DNA of 64,000 nt from Gammaproteobacteria bacterium (GCA_963662545.2 CAXXLL010000002.1:256001-320000); one strand, 5' to 3'. Positions 40,101-50,487 are shown, numbered from the stretch's first letter. Notes: generated from the sequence alone by a model not told the origin. Made by a program: numbers and translations.

Positions 40101-40620
40101 GATCGACGCCCGATTCGAAGAAGAGCAGGGACCAGACACGCGACAAGCGTGAGACCACGGCCAACAGCAGCAGAAAGAAACCAAGTGGCAGCATAGCCTT
40201 GATCGCCCAGCGGAACGGCAGACCGCCGGGCGCCTGTGATACTTCACCGAGTTCATAGGCGGTCCGCACAAAGGGCAGGCTGTAGATCAAAATGAGCGCG
40301 ATGAAAGGCAGGAGGAAAAGCACGATGCCGTAAAGTTCGATCCAGGCCTGGAGCCGCGCTGACAGTCGCTCGTGGACGACGTCGACCCGGATATGCGCAT
40401 CTGCCTGGTAGCTATAAGCGAGGCCCAGCAGAAACCCGGTGGCATAGATGTGCCACTGGATCTCTTCGAACTCGATGCGGCCTATGCCGAAAGCGTAGCG
40501 CAGCACGACGTTGATACAGATGATCACGAGTAATAGCAGCCACAGCCAGGAAGCCCACTGGCCGAGCGTGATCAACAAGGGATCGATCAACCGCGAAACG
40601 CGGGTTTGAGGCAGGTTCAC
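40087..40620 (-). CDS. TRAP small permease DctQ
   Basis: NVVLRYAF, EEIQWH, HIRVDV, PGGLP. Confidence 0.92.
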   Translation of the reverse strand: MNLPQTRVSRLIDPLLITLGQWASWLWLLLLVIICINVVLRYAFGIGRIEFEEIQWHIYATGFLLGLAYSYQADAHIRVDVVHERLSARLQAWIELYGIVLFLLPFIALILIYSLPFVRTAYELGEVSQAPGGLPFRWAIKAMLPLGFFLLLLAVVSRLSRVWSLLFFESGVDRGAE

Positions 40621-40628
40621 GACTTACT

Positions 40629-41747
40629 TTAAAAATCTCTGGGAAGATAGGCGCGGGCTTTCCAGTGGGCGTACTCGGCACGGAAGCGTTGCTGTGATGC
40701 GAGGATGGTGGCGAAGTCTTCGTCGGCCTCCGCTTCTTCGCGCAGGACATCCTCGGCGATGCGTTTGAGTTCGCGCAGGAGGTCTAGCGGCAGACTTTCG
40801 GCCGACACGCCGATGTCGGGAAATCCGGCGATCACCGCTCCCTGTCTGGCTTCACTCCGAGCGAGATTACGTGTCACTCCCGCGGTACATGCGGTCTCGA
40901 GAAGATTCTGGTCGGCGATCGCCAGGCCGTTCCAAAGCTCGAGATTGACCAGCATGTGCGCCGCGGTTGCCGGCTGATGCCAGCCTGGGTAATAGTTATA
41001 AGGTGCGACACGGCCAAAGCCGAGGCGTTGGTCGACATCGGGCAGTGAAAACTCGGTCGCGTCGATCGCGCCCTTCTCCAGCGCCTGGAAGATCTCACCG
41101 CCGGGCAGCATGGTGACTGAGGCACCGAGGCGTTCAATGACCTTGCCGCCGAGCCCGGCAAAGCGGATCTTGAGTCCCCGAATGTCATCGAGGCTCTCGA
41201 TGCGCGAGCGGAACCAGCCGGCGGTCTCCGGTCCGGTCAGTCCGCAGAACAGGGGATAGGCGTTATATTTTTCGTACAACGCTTCACCGAGTTCGCGCCC
41301 GCCCGCCTCGAACCACCACGCCGAGAATTCCCACGGCTCCATGCCGAACGGCACGGCGCCCAACAGGGCGGAGGCCGGAATTTTGCCCTGGTCGTAGCCG
41401 AGCCAGGTATAGCCGGACTCCACCTTGCCGTCTCTCACGGCATCGAGGATGCTGAACGCGGGCACCACTTCGCCGGGTTCGAATATTTCGAGGTGAACGC
41501 CGCCGCTGCTCACTGCATATATCATGTCGGTGACGTAGACGGGGTTGTCGCCAATGGTGGGCATGGTGGTCTGAAACGCCACCGGCATGCGCCAGTGGAT
41601 GCGCTGCATTTGGCCGCCCGCCGTGGCAGCGACCGCCTGTTCTGCGCCGCCAGGCGGTCGAATCGCGAGGCTGCCGACGAGGCCGGCAATGAAGGCGACG
41701 ATCACGGCAGTCAGCGCCGCACGATGGCCGATCCGGGCATTACTCAT
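40629..41747 (-). CDS. TRAP substrate-binding protein (TakP-like subfamily)
   Basis: FEPGEVVP, GWFR, GGEIFQALEKGAIDATEF, YYPGWHQP. Confidence 0.92.
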   Translation of the reverse strand: MSNARIGHRAALTAVIVAFIAGLVGSLAIRPPGGAEQAVAATAGGQMQRIHWRMPVAFQTTMPTIGDNPVYVTDMIYAVSSGGVHLEIFEPGEVVPAFSILDAVRDGKVESGYTWLGYDQGKIPASALLGAVPFGMEPWEFSAWWFEAGGRELGEALYEKYNAYPLFCGLTGPETAGWFRSRIESLDDIRGLKIRFAGLGGKVIERLGASVTMLPGGEIFQALEKGAIDATEFSLPDVDQRLGFGRVAPYNYYPGWHQPATAAHMLVNLELWNGLAIADQNLLETACTAGVTRNLARSEARQGAVIAGFPDIGVSAESLPLDLLRELKRIAEDVLREEAEADEDFATILASQQRFRAEYAHWKARAYLPRDF

Positions 41748-43459
41748 GGTGCCGCCTCCGTTCGAACCCGCCTAGCAGTCTCCACCAACACGGCTCTTCC
41801 ATCTTCGAGCGCGATCACCCGGTCCGCCGCCTCGATCAGCGACGGTTGGTGAGAAGCAGCAATGACGGTGAGATTCTCCGCGAGTTGCCGCAGGGGCACG
41901 CAAATCAGCCGCTCGGTCTCACGATCCAGAGCGCTCGTCGGTTCGTCGAGGATCAGGACTTTCGGCCGGTGCGTCAGCGCCCGCGCGATCGCGATGCGTT
42001 GCCGTTGCCCGCCTGAGATCTGCCCACCGCGCTCGCCGACAACCGTGTTCAGGCCGTTCGGCAGCCGCTCGATGAAATCCCACACGCCGGCCTGCTTGAG
42101 TGCACGCACAGCATCTTCTTCGGTGAGCTCGGGTTCGCCGATGGTGACGTTGTTCAGGATACTGTCGTGTAGCAGTACCGTTTCCTGCGGCACGTAGCCG
42201 ATGAATTTGCGCCACGCCCTGAGATCGATTTCCGCTAGCGGTACGCCGTCGACCCGGATCGATCCGTGCTGCGGTTTGAGCAGGCCGCAAAGTAGATCGA
42301 GCAGGGTGCTTTTCCCCGCACCCGAGGGCGCTGTGAGCACAAGCAGGGACCGGGCCGGGATTTTGAAATCAAGACCGTCGAAGACGCGATGTTCGCCATA
42401 TGCGAAAGCGACATCATCGAGGTGAATTGATTCATCAATAGTCGGTGTCTTCGTCCCGTTCGCTGTCTCACCGGCCTTGAGTGCCTGCTCCACGGTTTGG
42501 CGCAACGCCCAGTAAGCGCTCTCCTGAGTCACTACCCGCTGATACTGGCGTTGCGTCTTGTTGACCAGGCCGAGCAGGCGCACGAGGATGAACACGAGCA
42601 CCATGACCTCGGAAAGCTTGAGCCCCCACATCGACAAAGCGAAATAAAGCCCCAAGGCAGCCAGGGTTGCGAGTATCGGTTCCTGGAGCGCGCGAAGGGT
42701 CTCACGGCTCATCACCTCGCGCCGCGTAGCATGCTCCAGATCCCCGGTCTGCCGTTTGAGTATGGTTTCGGCTGCGTGATCCCGCGCCATCGCCTTGAGC
42801 GGCTTGACCGATCCCAGCACGTCAGTCAGGTAGGACAGCAGTTCGCGATTGAGCTGGGTCTGCTTAAGACCCGCGCGTCGCGCGATCCTGAGCAGCGAAT
42901 GCAACACGAGGACGAAGATCGCACCGATTGCGAGCGCGGCGAGCGTCGCCGGCCAGGACACCATCAACGCGACGATGGTGTAGACGCTCACCTGCAGGAG
43001 AAGGGATATGACGCGGGCGCCCCATTCGAAGCCGGTCGCAGCCCGATAGGCCTCGGTCGCCACGGAATTTGCCAGCGCACCGGTTCGCTGCTTGACGAAG
43101 TACTGCCATTGACTGGCCAGCAATGCGTCGATCAGGGCGACGCGGAAATCCGTTGCGATACGGGCCACGGTGTAACCGACCTGGCTGTTGGCGACGAGCA
43201 CTAACAGGCTCTTAATGGCAATACCGCAGACGATGAAGACGAGGATGGCGCCGACGCTCGGTTCGATACCAAGCTGCCGGAGCAGTTCCAGCACGATATC
43301 GTTGATGCCGCCTTTGACGGGTTCCCCCGTCGCTACTGACAAGAGCGGCAACAAGGCGGTCAAGCTCAATCCTTCGGCGGCACCGGCGACGATCAGCGCT
43401 GTCAGCATGAGTGCGCTGCGCCCGGGGTAGGTTCGCAGCAGTGCGAACATCGTGTTCAT
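41744..43459 (-). CDS. ABC exporter, fused permease/ATPase (MsbA/PglK-like glycolipid flippase)
   Basis: N-terminal TMs; APSGAGKST, ISGGQRQR, LILDEP; glycan-locus context. Confidence 0.85.
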   Translation of the reverse strand: MNTMFALLRTYPGRSALMLTALIVAGAAEGLSLTALLPLLSVATGEPVKGGINDIVLELLRQLGIEPSVGAILVFIVCGIAIKSLLVLVANSQVGYTVARIATDFRVALIDALLASQWQYFVKQRTGALANSVATEAYRAATGFEWGARVISLLLQVSVYTIVALMVSWPATLAALAIGAIFVLVLHSLLRIARRAGLKQTQLNRELLSYLTDVLGSVKPLKAMARDHAAETILKRQTGDLEHATRREVMSRETLRALQEPILATLAALGLYFALSMWGLKLSEVMVLVFILVRLLGLVNKTQRQYQRVVTQESAYWALRQTVEQALKAGETANGTKTPTIDESIHLDDVAFAYGEHRVFDGLDFKIPARSLLVLTAPSGAGKSTLLDLLCGLLKPQHGSIRVDGVPLAEIDLRAWRKFIGYVPQETVLLHDSILNNVTIGEPELTEEDAVRALKQAGVWDFIERLPNGLNTVVGERGGQISGGQRQRIAIARALTHRPKVLILDEPTSALDRETERLICVPLRQLAENLTVIAASHQPSLIEAADRVIALEDGRAVLVETARRVRTEAAP

Positions 43460-43546
43460 AGGATTGGAAACCCTGGTTGACGGCAGCGGCAGCTCACCGA
43501 GGGGCTTTCCGCGGTGTCGCTTGTGATGCTCGTGGCCGTATGCTCG

Positions 43547-44704
43547 TTATTCCCCGGCCTTCGCTGCGTAGATCCGATCGCAGGCTTCCCTTACCGCGCC
43601 TTCGCCGCCGGGACAAGAACAGACATGGGCGGCAGCCGCCTTGATCTGGGCAACGGCGTCGGATGGACAAAAGGATGCGCCGACGGCCGATAGGCACTCC
43701 AGATCGCCTAAATCGTCCCCGATGAAGGCGACCTCGTCAAGGCTGACGGACCAGGCAGCGGCCTTGTCCTCGAGCAGAGAAAGCTTATCGCTTACCCCAG
43801 CGAAGTAATCCGAAATACCGAGCTTTTTCATGCGGGCCGCGGTGGTCGGGCTGTCTTCGCCGGTCATGACGCAGACGCGCACACCGACGTCACGCAGGCG
43901 TTCGAGGCCTTTGCCGTCGCGGGTGTGGAATTGCTTGAATGCTTCCCCGTCGGGACCGTAGTACATCGAACCATCGGTCAGGGTGCCGTCGACATCGATG
44001 ACGAAGATCTTGACTCGATCTAAAGCCTCGATCAGCGACTCGGTGCGCAAGCGCTTGCGTAAGGCGGTCTCGACAATCGGCCAATCCGTCGGGTCATCGA
44101 GTTCCAGTTCAGTGTCCGCAGGCATGACATGAATACCGATCCGGCCGCCGAGCCGGCATCGCTCTTGCGCGAGAATGCCGGCCGCGGTGAAGTAGAACGC
44201 CCCGTTCTCGATGTAGGAGCCTTCGAAATCCTGGCGCCGCGGCCGTGACTGCGGCGCGTAGTTCAGGGCTTTGGCGTCGGCGCTCCAGATGAACCGCTTC
44301 GACCGGACGGCGCTCAGCAGAGAATCCAGGGTTTCGGATTCGAATTGCCTGCGGGCGCTGATAAAGTCCTCAGCCCGCGTCAGCGGCGAGGTCGCTTGGA
44401 TCAGGCATAGTACGTCGAACTTCACGCGTTGTTGAAACTCCAGCATCACCGCTTCCGTGCTGGCCGTATCGGATGCCGATTCGGCGGAGCGATCGATGAT
44501 CTCAATGCCGGTGGGGAACTCGCCGGCGACGGTTCGTCGCACCCGGTCCGAATCGGAGGCGACGTAAATGTCGTCGAAGACCTCGGAACTTACCGCCTCG
44601 CCGAGGCTCCAGGAGAACAGCGGCCGGCCGGCCATGAGCCGAATGTTCTTGTCTCGGATGGATTTCGACCGCGCGCGCAATGGCATGAGCGCGACCCATT
44701 TCAT
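43547..44704 (-). CDS. Acylneuraminate cytidylyltransferase fused to KdsC-like HAD phosphatase
   Basis: PLRARSKSIRDKN, QATSPL, ENGAFY; DVDGTLTDG, GDDLGD, GAVRE. Confidence 0.92.
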   Translation of the reverse strand: MKWVALMPLRARSKSIRDKNIRLMAGRPLFSWSLGEAVSSEVFDDIYVASDSDRVRRTVAGEFPTGIEIIDRSAESASDTASTEAVMLEFQQRVKFDVLCLIQATSPLTRAEDFISARRQFESETLDSLLSAVRSKRFIWSADAKALNYAPQSRPRRQDFEGSYIENGAFYFTAAGILAQERCRLGGRIGIHVMPADTELELDDPTDWPIVETALRKRLRTESLIEALDRVKIFVIDVDGTLTDGSMYYGPDGEAFKQFHTRDGKGLERLRDVGVRVCVMTGEDSPTTAARMKKLGISDYFAGVSDKLSLLEDKAAAWSVSLDEVAFIGDDLGDLECLSAVGASFCPSDAVAQIKAAAAHVCSCPGGEGAVREACDRIYAAKAGE

Positions 44705-45582
44705 TTGGCGAAATGCGTTCCGGGGAGGCGCTTCAACTTGTCGCGCTGCACCTGTTCGATTTCGAGAATCGGTACATTCTTGTACGCAAGCGCCATGGTC
44801 ACCGCATGAATGTCGCGCACCAGCCGCCGGAGCCCGTCGGGCTCCAGCGACGCCGCGTGATCAGTACCTTTCCACGTTCGATCAATCGTGAAGTGGCGTT
44901 CGACCCAGGCAGCACCCAAGGTGACTGCGGCGATGTCCACCGCGATTCCCAGGTGATGTCCCGAGAAGCCGATAGCGGCAATCTTAGAACCAAATGCCTC
45001 TTTTAGACGTTCGATTTCGAGTAGGCAGACGTCCTCATGCGGGACTGGATATCCTGAAGTACAGGCGTAAAGGACGACCCGATCCAAGGCACCGAGCCTG
45101 TCGAGTAATTCCACGATCTGGCTTTGTTCGTCGGGCGCAGTCATGCCGAGCGACACGTGAATGCCGCCGTCAAAATCCGTGGCAAGGCATTCGAGCAGGG
45201 CGCGGTTGAGATTGCAGGCGGACGGTACCTTCACGAAATCGGGCTCGAGCGCAGTGATTTCCTCGGCCGAGCGGCGGTCCCATACGGAGGATGAGTAGCC
45301 GACACCGATTTCCCCGCACCATTCCATCAATTGGCGATGTTCATCGGCCGTCAACTCGAGATACTCGCGATGCTCCCCATAGCTTGGGCCGAAGCTGTTC
45401 GCCGGGACCGGATGGGGCGCAGCGTATTCCGCCTCGGTCAACAGCTCGCGGTTCGATCGTTTCTGGAATTTGACGTAATCGGCCTTCGCGAAATCGGCAA
45501 CCGTCTCGATCATCTCGCGCGCGATGCGCATCTCGCCCATGTGGTTGCAGCCAATTTCGGCAACGACTTTAGGGATCTGCAT
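44701..45582 (-). CDS. Nonulosonate synthase (NeuB family, no SAF domain; possible KDN-9-P synthase)
   Basis: AEIGCNH, VKFQK, GFSGHH, ERHFT, TDHAASLEP. Confidence 0.88.
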   Translation of the reverse strand: MQIPKVVAEIGCNHMGEMRIAREMIETVADFAKADYVKFQKRSNRELLTEAEYAAPHPVPANSFGPSYGEHREYLELTADEHRQLMEWCGEIGVGYSSSVWDRRSAEEITALEPDFVKVPSACNLNRALLECLATDFDGGIHVSLGMTAPDEQSQIVELLDRLGALDRVVLYACTSGYPVPHEDVCLLEIERLKEAFGSKIAAIGFSGHHLGIAVDIAAVTLGAAWVERHFTIDRTWKGTDHAASLEPDGLRRLVRDIHAVTMALAYKNVPILEIEQVQRDKLKRLPGTHFAK

Positions 45583-45644
45583 AAAGGCATTACCTCGCGT
45601 AAACGCGGTTTGTCACTTTATCACCCGGACGATCCGCGCGCGTT

Positions 45645-47024
45645 TCACGATCGCGCGACGCGGAAGACGTGCTTCGAAAACTGTTGCGCCTCGACGCCGT
45701 CGAATCGGCCGAGGAGGCGCCCGAGCCGGCCAATGCGCCCGTTGATCTCGGCGGCGGAGATGTCCGGAAACCGATGCGCATGGTACCGCGCGCTGTTCCA
45801 ATGATCGCGGCGCAGCATATTGAATCGCTTGATCATCGTACGCGCGCCCGCGGTGAGGCGTCCTTTCGCTCGTTGCACGAAAGGCGGGGAGGGTGGCTTG
45901 CTGTCGCCATATCCCGCTTTATTCAGTACCACGATGATGCGTTCGGCGGCGAGCGGGCCGGTCACGCCGGCCAGGTGCCGACCGAAGATCCTTTGCCGCT
46001 CGGTTTCGTCGATCAGTCCCCTACGATCGTCGATGATGGCCTGCACGTAATCCCTCACTTCGTCCAGTTCGAAAGCGCGATGGCTCAGCGAATTCGGCAG
46101 GTGGTAGTCATAGCATTCGGATTGCACGGGCTGGTAGCTTACGGAAGGACGGTCTAGCACCGCGGCCTCGACGGCGGTCGTACAGCCGTTGTGAACGAGG
46201 ACGCGGCTTGCCATCAACCATGGCACGACGGTGCCTTCGTGATTAATATGCACGTTAGGATCGTCATTCACGATCCGCCGCCATACCGCGTGGTCCTCGG
46301 ATGGATGCGGTCGCACGACGATTTGATGGTCCGGGAACCATTTTCCGAGCCTCGATACCAGCGTTTGAAAGTGTTCGAATATCTGCTGTTGATGCGCCGC
46401 CATCCCAATCGCGAACGCTTGGCTCATCCCGCTGCCGGTACGGCTGACCGTCGGATTCATGCCGGCTCCCGTCTGCACCAATGCGAGTTTCTTCACGAAC
46501 GGGTTCACGAAGGAAAAATTGGTGTTGACTAGAATGAAATCGCCGAACCGTGCTCGGAGCTGCTCGACTTCGTCCGCAAAATATCCGCGCACGTCCCGTC
46601 GCAGCAAGTCGGCCCGCGGATTGCCGGTGACGTATACCTCAGTCGATTTGTTGCCGGGATAACCATTGAACATTTCCGCATCATCCTCGCCCCAGGCGAA
46701 CAAATGGCGGATGAAGCTGAATGTCGATGCCGAAAATCGCCAGGTGCAGTACTCGGGTGACGCGTATCGCACCAGGCTCTCCTCGTCCCAGGCGACGATG
46801 TCGTTACCGAGCGAACGGATGATATCGAACATCAAGGTACTTCGGGCGCGCATGCTTTTGGCGATGAATACGCCGCGCTCGATGCGTGGCATCGAGAAAT
46901 AGAGGTACTGCCTCGAGCCCAGGACGCTTGAGAAGCCGTGCTCCGCGGCGACGCAGGCAAACAGCAGTTTCGCATCGAGTTCGCGCACCTGGTTTTCGAC
47001 TGGAATGATCAATGTCGAGGTCAT
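45645..47024 (-). CDS. Surface carbohydrate biosynthesis protein (TIGR04396-like), paralog A
   Basis: PVENQVRELDAKLL, WDEE, TGNPRADL, NTNF, RPHPSE, HNGCTTAVEA. Confidence 0.82.
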   Translation of the reverse strand: MTSTLIIPVENQVRELDAKLLFACVAAEHGFSSVLGSRQYLYFSMPRIERGVFIAKSMRARSTLMFDIIRSLGNDIVAWDEESLVRYASPEYCTWRFSASTFSFIRHLFAWGEDDAEMFNGYPGNKSTEVYVTGNPRADLLRRDVRGYFADEVEQLRARFGDFILVNTNFSFVNPFVKKLALVQTGAGMNPTVSRTGSGMSQAFAIGMAAHQQQIFEHFQTLVSRLGKWFPDHQIVVRPHPSEDHAVWRRIVNDDPNVHINHEGTVVPWLMASRVLVHNGCTTAVEAAVLDRPSVSYQPVQSECYDYHLPNSLSHRAFELDEVRDYVQAIIDDRRGLIDETERQRIFGRHLAGVTGPLAAERIIVVLNKAGYGDSKPPSPPFVQRAKGRLTAGARTMIKRFNMLRRDHWNSARYHAHRFPDISAAEINGRIGRLGRLLGRFDGVEAQQFSKHVFRVARS

Positions 47025-47065
47025 TGGGGGCTCATGGACGTTTTGATAATCACCTGGCGGTTTAT

Positions 47066-47127
47066 TCGCCCGCAAGCGGGCTCCTACGGTGCCGGATGGA
47101 TCTTCCTAGGGACCCGCTTGCGGGCAA
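47066..47127. repeat. GTAG-type REP doublet
   Basis: TCGCCCGCAAGCGGGCTCCTAC (47066-47087; reverse complement GTAGGAGCCCGCTTGCGGGCGA) and a degenerate inverted copy CTAGGGACCCGCTTGCGGGCAA (47106-47127). Confidence 0.7.
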
Positions 47128-47293
47128 ATCGGATTCTATCGCACGTGCGGTTTTAAAGCCGGCATTGGGCGAATTTCAACCGGCCAATAACGCCGTCTTA
47201 ACCTCGAAAGAGAATGATTGGGGGGATGCCGGCACGCGCCGCCGATTGGGGTGAGATTTGTTGAAAAATAGCCGATGTGATAAACAGTGGCGC

Positions 47294-48670
47294 ATGTCCA
47301 AGCCGCTTTTGATCCTGCCGGTGGAAAACCAGGTGCGCGAACTCGACGCAAAGCTGTTGCTGGCCTGCGTGGCCGCGCAAAACAACTACCGCTGCCTCAT
47401 CGGTTGGAAGGGCCTGATCGACGCCCGTATCGGCCGTTTTCCGCCGAGCGTCTACCTGGCGAAATCGATGACCCGCCAAAATCTGAAGATCCTGCGCATC
47501 AAGCGCAAACTCGGGCATCAAGTCGCGGCCTGGGACGAGGAAGCGGTGGTTCATTATCCGAAGGAGATTTACTACGCTCGGAGAGTGGGCTCGGAATCGC
47601 TGAAACTCATCAATTTGTTCATCGCTTGGGGCGAGGACAACCGGGCACTGCTGGAAGCGCACCCGGATTTCAACAGCGCGCCGATCCACGTACTCGGCAA
47701 TCCACGCTCAGATCTGCTGCGCCCCGAATTTGGAGATTTTTATTCCGAGCAGGTTACGCGACTTAATTACGAGTACGGTGATTTCATCCTAATCAATACC
47801 AACTTTGGATCAGTCAACGGGTATTCGGACAAGTTGAACCTGCTGCGACAAATTAATGGTGATGCCGGCGAATGGGTGATCGGCCGCACCGCAGTAGGCA
47901 TGCCGCCCGACTACGCGCGCGGCCTGTTCCACCACCGTTCGGAGGTGTTCCGTGAGTTCCAAGGGCTGGTCAAGCTGATGGCGTCGTCCTTCCCGGCGCG
48001 CAGGATCGTACTGCGGCCCCATCCGGCGGAGGATCACGGTTTCTGGCGGCGCTGTTGCGCGGAGTTTGACAACGTTGAAGTCAACGCGGAAGGCAATGTG
48101 ATTCCCTGGTTGCTCGCGGCCGATTGCCTGGTGCACAACGGCTGCACGACCGCGGTCGAAGCCTATCTGTTGGGCACGAAGGTCATTTCTTTCGTGCCCC
48201 TGAACGATGATCGTTACGAATTCGAGCTGCCGAATGACTTGGGGGACCATGCCGGTTCGGCATTCGAAGTGATAGAAAAGATCGGCGCCGTTAGCGTGCA
48301 ATCTTCCGAAGCTTGCGGCGTGAAACGCGAACTCGTATCATGCTATATCACTTCGCTGGAGGGGACGCTGGCTTCGCAGAAGATCGTCGATGTGCTTACC
48401 CGGCATTTCGACGTCGATCTCCACCCACCGCCGACCATGACCCGCGTCGCCGGCATCGTTCGCGCGGAAGTCAGGGCGGCCAAGAAACGTCTGCAGCGGA
48501 TGATGGGGATCGCGCGTTACGATCGCTCCTTCATGCGGCAGCGTTTTCCGCAAATCTCGTTGGAGGAAGTACAGGACAGGGCCGATCGCCTGACGCAACT
48601 GATCGGCGGCGCTCACCCGGTGCGGGTGTTGTTGCGCGAAGATGATTTGTTTGAAACCTACGCCGTTTGA
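47294..48670 (+). CDS. Surface carbohydrate biosynthesis protein (TIGR04396-like), paralog B
   Basis: Same motifs as paralog A: PVENQVRELDAKLL, WDEE, GNPRSDL, RPHPAE, HNGCTTAVEA. Confidence 0.82.
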   Translation: MSKPLLILPVENQVRELDAKLLLACVAAQNNYRCLIGWKGLIDARIGRFPPSVYLAKSMTRQNLKILRIKRKLGHQVAAWDEEAVVHYPKEIYYARRVGSESLKLINLFIAWGEDNRALLEAHPDFNSAPIHVLGNPRSDLLRPEFGDFYSEQVTRLNYEYGDFILINTNFGSVNGYSDKLNLLRQINGDAGEWVIGRTAVGMPPDYARGLFHHRSEVFREFQGLVKLMASSFPARRIVLRPHPAEDHGFWRRCCAEFDNVEVNAEGNVIPWLLAADCLVHNGCTTAVEAYLLGTKVISFVPLNDDRYEFELPNDLGDHAGSAFEVIEKIGAVSVQSSEACGVKRELVSCYITSLEGTLASQKIVDVLTRHFDVDLHPPPTMTRVAGIVRAEVRAAKKRLQRMMGIARYDRSFMRQRFPQISLEEVQDRADRLTQLIGGAHPVRVLLREDDLFETYAV

Positions 48671-48721
48671 ACCCTCGATGGCCTCTACCCGGCTCCTCTG
48701 CGCACGAAGGGATTCATCCGC

Positions 48722-49453
48722 TTGACCTGGGACGGGTTATCCGCACTCGTGATCGTGCCCGCCCGCGGGGGAAGCAAGGGCATTCGGCGAAAGAATCTCT
48801 GCCGAGTGGGCCCGCGCTCCCTGATCGCCTGGGCCGCGCATACGGTTTCCGAATTATCCTGGATCGATGGCGCTGTGATCTCCACCGATGACAGCGAAAT
48901 GGCCGAAGAGGGACGGAAACACGGACTCGAAGCGCCGTTCATGCGACCTGCCGAGCTTGCGTCCGATACCGCTAGCTCGGCCGAATTATGGCGGCACGCC
49001 TGGTTGGCAAGCGAAAATCACTTCGGGCGGCGCTTCGATCTGTCGATTTTGCTGCAACCGACGACCCCGTTGAGAAAAACCCCGGATGTGGAGCGCACGG
49101 TAAAGGCCATGGTCGACGGGCGTCACCGGGCGGCGGCGACCGTCAGCCGGACGCCGGGTCATTTCACGCCGCAAAAATGCCTGGCGCTGGACGAAAAAGG
49201 CGTTCTTGCGTTCTATCATGAACACGGCGCCAGCTACGCGGCGCGCCAGACGATTCCGGCGTATTATCACCGCAACGGCGTGTGCTACGCGGTGATGCGC
49301 GAGACTCTTATCGAGCACGGGCATATCGTCGAAGACGATTGTCTGGCCGTTATCATCGACGAATACGTCGTCAACATCGACGATCCGATCGAGCTGGAAT
49401 TGGCCGAATTCATGCTGTCGCGGGACATTACATTAGGAATCGATTCATCGTGA
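48722..49453 (+). CDS. neuA: Acylneuraminate cytidylyltransferase (NeuA family)
   Basis: PARGGSKGIRRKN, LQPTTPLR, NIDD. Confidence 0.88.
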   Translation: MTWDGLSALVIVPARGGSKGIRRKNLCRVGPRSLIAWAAHTVSELSWIDGAVISTDDSEMAEEGRKHGLEAPFMRPAELASDTASSAELWRHAWLASENHFGRRFDLSILLQPTTPLRKTPDVERTVKAMVDGRHRAAATVSRTPGHFTPQKCLALDEKGVLAFYHEHGASYAARQTIPAYYHRNGVCYAVMRETLIEHGHIVEDDCLAVIIDEYVVNIDDPIELELAEFMLSRDITLGIDSS

Positions 49454-50487
49454 CGGACAGCTGGCTTCATCATCCCCGAGCGAACGCACCCTGCGCGATC
49501 ATCGCCGAAGTCGCACAGGCGCACGACGGGAGCCTTGGCATGGCGCACGCGTTCATCGACGCCACCGCGAACTGCGGGGCCGATGCCGTCAAGTTTCAAA
49601 CCCATATTGCGGCCGCCGAAAGTACCGCAGAGGAACCGTGGCGGACGCGGTTCACCAACCAGGATGAAACGCGCCTCGACTATTGGCGCCGCATGGAGTT
49701 CGCCGAGGCGCAATGGCTGGAACTCAAGGAACACGCGCTGGAACGGGAATTACTGTTCTTGAGTTCGCCTTTTTCCCACGAGGCCCTGGATCTGCTCGAT
49801 CGCGTCGGCGTGGCTGCCTGGAAGGTGGCTTCCGGCGAGACGAACAACCATGCGCTCATCGATGCGATGGCCGAGACGGGGCGGCCCATCATCCTGTCCA
49901 CCGGCATGAGCACCTTGAGTGAGATCGATAAGATCGTCGACCGCGTAGGCGGCCACGGTGTCCCTCTCGCGGTACTGCAATGCACCTCCGCGTATCCTTG
50001 CCCACCGGAACGAGTCGGTTTGAATCTCATCGCTGAATTTCGCGAACGCTATGGCTGTGCGATTGGCTTGTCCGATCATTCGGCGACCATCTACCCCGGC
50101 TTGGCGGCCGCCGCCGAGGGCATCGACGTACTCGAAGTTCACCTGACCCTGAGCCGCGAGATGTTCGGTCCGGACGTCGCCGCGTCGGTGACGCCGGATC
50201 AGCTGCGCCAGCTCGTTGAGGGGATCCGCTTCATCGAGACGATGCGCGCGCACCCGCTCGATAAGCAAGAACTTTCGGCATCCGTCCAGTCGCTGCGGGA
50301 CATCTTCACGAAAAGCGTAATGGCCAGGTCGGACCTGTCTGCGGGTACGGTGCTCGAAGCGCATCACCTCGCGGCGAAAAAGCCCGGCACGGGAATCCCG
50401 GCAAATGAACTGCCGCGTCTGATCGGGCGCCGGCTCAAGCGCGACGTCGGTTTCGATCACCCCTTGTCGCATGACGATCTCGAATAG
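49450..50487 (+). CDS. neuB: N-acetylneuraminate synthase family with SAF domain
   Basis: IAEVAQAHDG, KFQTH, LSTGM, QCTSAYP, GLSDHS, KKPGTGIP. Confidence 0.9.
   Translation: MTDSWLHHPRANAPCAIIAEVAQAHDGSLGMAHAFIDATANCGADAVKFQTHIAAAESTAEEPWRTRFTNQDETRLDYWRRMEFAEAQWLELKEHALERELLFLSSPFSHEALDLLDRVGVAAWKVASGETNNHALIDAMAETGRPIILSTGMSTLSEIDKIVDRVGGHGVPLAVLQCTSAYPCPPERVGLNLIAEFRERYGCAIGLSDHSATIYPGLAAAAEGIDVLEVHLTLSREMFGPDVAASVTPDQLRQLVEGIRFIETMRAHPLDKQELSASVQSLRDIFTKSVMARSDLSAGTVLEAHHLAAKKPGTGIPANELPRLIGRRLKRDVGFDHPLSHDDLE

Noticed and set aside
47025-47293. Invertible promoter switching the two glycan operons
   Set aside because: The inverted repeats enclose only ~30 bp, match a REP pattern, and no recombinase is nearby
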